Below are positions 62,832-64,000 of a stretch of 64,000 nt of DNA, in pieces. Within the stretch, counting starts at the first letter, position 1. Every line of letters begins with the position of its first letter. The translations under genes were made by a program, and so were the position numbers. The DNA is from Escherichia coli. Lineage in GTDB: Bacteria > Pseudomonadota > Gammaproteobacteria > Enterobacterales > Enterobacteriaceae. The notes beneath the pieces were generated by a model. It had not been told where the DNA came from. It did not search any database and was given only the letters and a program-made list of their open reading frames with translations. Location of the stretch: NCBI RefSeq assembly GCF_003018255.1, contig NZ_CP027440.1; one strand, written 5' to 3'.

Positions 62832-64000
62832 ATGTTTACATCAGTGGCGCAAGCCAATGCTGCGGTTATCGAACAAATTCGTCGCGCTCGTCCACACTGG
62901 CTGGATGTGCAACCGGCTTCTTCACTTATCAGCGAACTAAACGAGGGCAAAACACTGCTTCACGCCGGGCCGCCAATGCGCTGGCAGGAGATGACCGGAC
63001 CCATGAAAGGGGCATGTGTGGGCGCATGTCTGTTTGAAGGCTGGGCGAAAGATGAAGCGCAGGCGCTGGCAATGCTGGATCAGGGGGAAGTGAACTTCAT
63101 TCCTTGTCACCATGTGAATGCCGTCGGGCCAATGGGCGGCATTACTTCTGCCAGTATGCCGATGCTGGTGGTCGAGAACGTGACCGACGGCAACCGGGCG
63201 TACTGCAACCTCAACGAAGGTATCGGCAAAGTGATGCGTTTTGGCGCTTACGGCGAAGATGTTCTGACTCGCCATCGCTGGATGCGCGATGTGTTAATGC
63301 CAGTATTAAGCGCGGCGCTGGGGCGCATGGAGCGCGGTATCGATCTCACCGCGATGATGGCGCAGGGCATTACCATGGGCGATGAGTTCCATCAACGCAA
63401 TATTGCTTCCTCAGCACTGTTAATGCGTGCGCTGGCCCCACACATTGCTCGCCTCGATCATGATAAACAGCACATCGCGGAAGTGATGGATTTCCTCAGC
63501 GTGACCGATCAGTTCTTCCTTAACCTCGCGATGGCTTACTGCAAGGCGGCGATGGATGCTGGTGCGATGATCCGCGCAGGCAGCATCGTCACGGCTATGA
63601 CCCGCAACGGCAATATGTTCGGGATTCGGGTAAGCGGGCTGGGCGAACGCTGGTTTACTGCGCCTGTAAACACTCCCCAAGGGCTGTTTTTCACCGGCTT
63701 CTCGCAGGAGCAGGCGAACCCGGATATGGGCGATAGCGCAATTACCGAAACCTTTGGTATTGGCGGTGCGGCGATGATCGCAGCGCCTGGCGTAACGCGC
63801 TTTGTCGGTGCGGGTGGCATGGAAGCGGCCAGAGCGGTATCTGAAGAGATGGCGGAAATCTTCCTTGAACGCAATATGCAGTTGCAGATCCCCGGCTGGG
63901 ATTTCCAGGGCGCGTGCCTGGGGCTGGATATTCGTCGCGTGGTAGAAACCGGCATTACGCCGCTCATCAATACCGGAATCGCCCATAAAGAGGCGGGGAT
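62832..64000 (+). CDS. ylbE: DUF1116-family protein, 3'-truncated by window edge
   Basis: open frame from ATG at about 62832 runs without stop to window end. Confidence 0.75.
   Translation, partial: MFTSVAQANAAVIEQIRRARPHWLDVQPASSLISELNEGKTLLHAGPPMRWQEMTGPMKGACVGACLFEGWAKDEAQALAMLDQGEVNFIPCHHVNAVGPMGGITSASMPMLVVENVTDGNRAYCNLNEGIGKVMRFGAYGEDVLTRHRWMRDVLMPVLSAALGRMERGIDLTAMMAQGITMGDEFHQRNIASSALLMRALAPHIARLDHDKQHIAEVMDFLSVTDQFFLNLAMAYCKAAMDAGAMIRAGSIVTAMTRNGNMFGIRVSGLGERWFTAPVNTPQGLFFTGFSQEQANPDMGDSAITETFGIGGAAMIAAPGVTRFVGAGGMEAARAVSEEMAEIFLERNMQLQIPGWDFQGACLGLDIRRVVETGITPLINTGIAHKEAG

Overview
This window is an Escherichia coli chromosomal segment (fsr-ushA-ybaK-ybaP-copA-glsA-ybaT-cueR ... 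ybbP-rhs ... selU-allS-allA-allR-gcl-hyi-glxR-ybbW-allB-ybbY-glxK-allE / allC-allD-fdrA-ylbE), collinear with the K-12 map but carrying several strain-specific insertions. Gene calls rest on reading the supplied six-frame translations and the DNA by eye; no database search or computation was run, and coordinates I derived myself (repeats, sites, refined starts) may be off by a few bp. The most notable insertion is a ~14.2 kb integrated element (about 44320-58519) sitting exactly on the allE start codon. It has a P4-type integrase, AlpA-like regulator, primase-helicase, an iteron-rich putative origin, and a complete HK97-type head/packaging module (major capsid, prohead protease, portal, adaptor, connector, HNH, TerS, TerL), but no tail or lysis genes. 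That is the architecture described for capsid-forming phage-inducible chromosomal islands (cf-PICIs), and it carries several small AT-rich accessory ORFs of unknown function. Other accessory loci are: a ~3.3 kb AT-rich island between cueR and ybbJ encoding a short trimeric-autotransporter-like protein with a lipoprotein and small membrane protein; an rhs gene split by an IS2-like element and ending in an unrecognised C-terminal toxin domain with a cognate immunity ORF; and a HigB/HigA-like toxin-antitoxin pair beside copA. No rRNA, tRNA or CRISPR array was seen.
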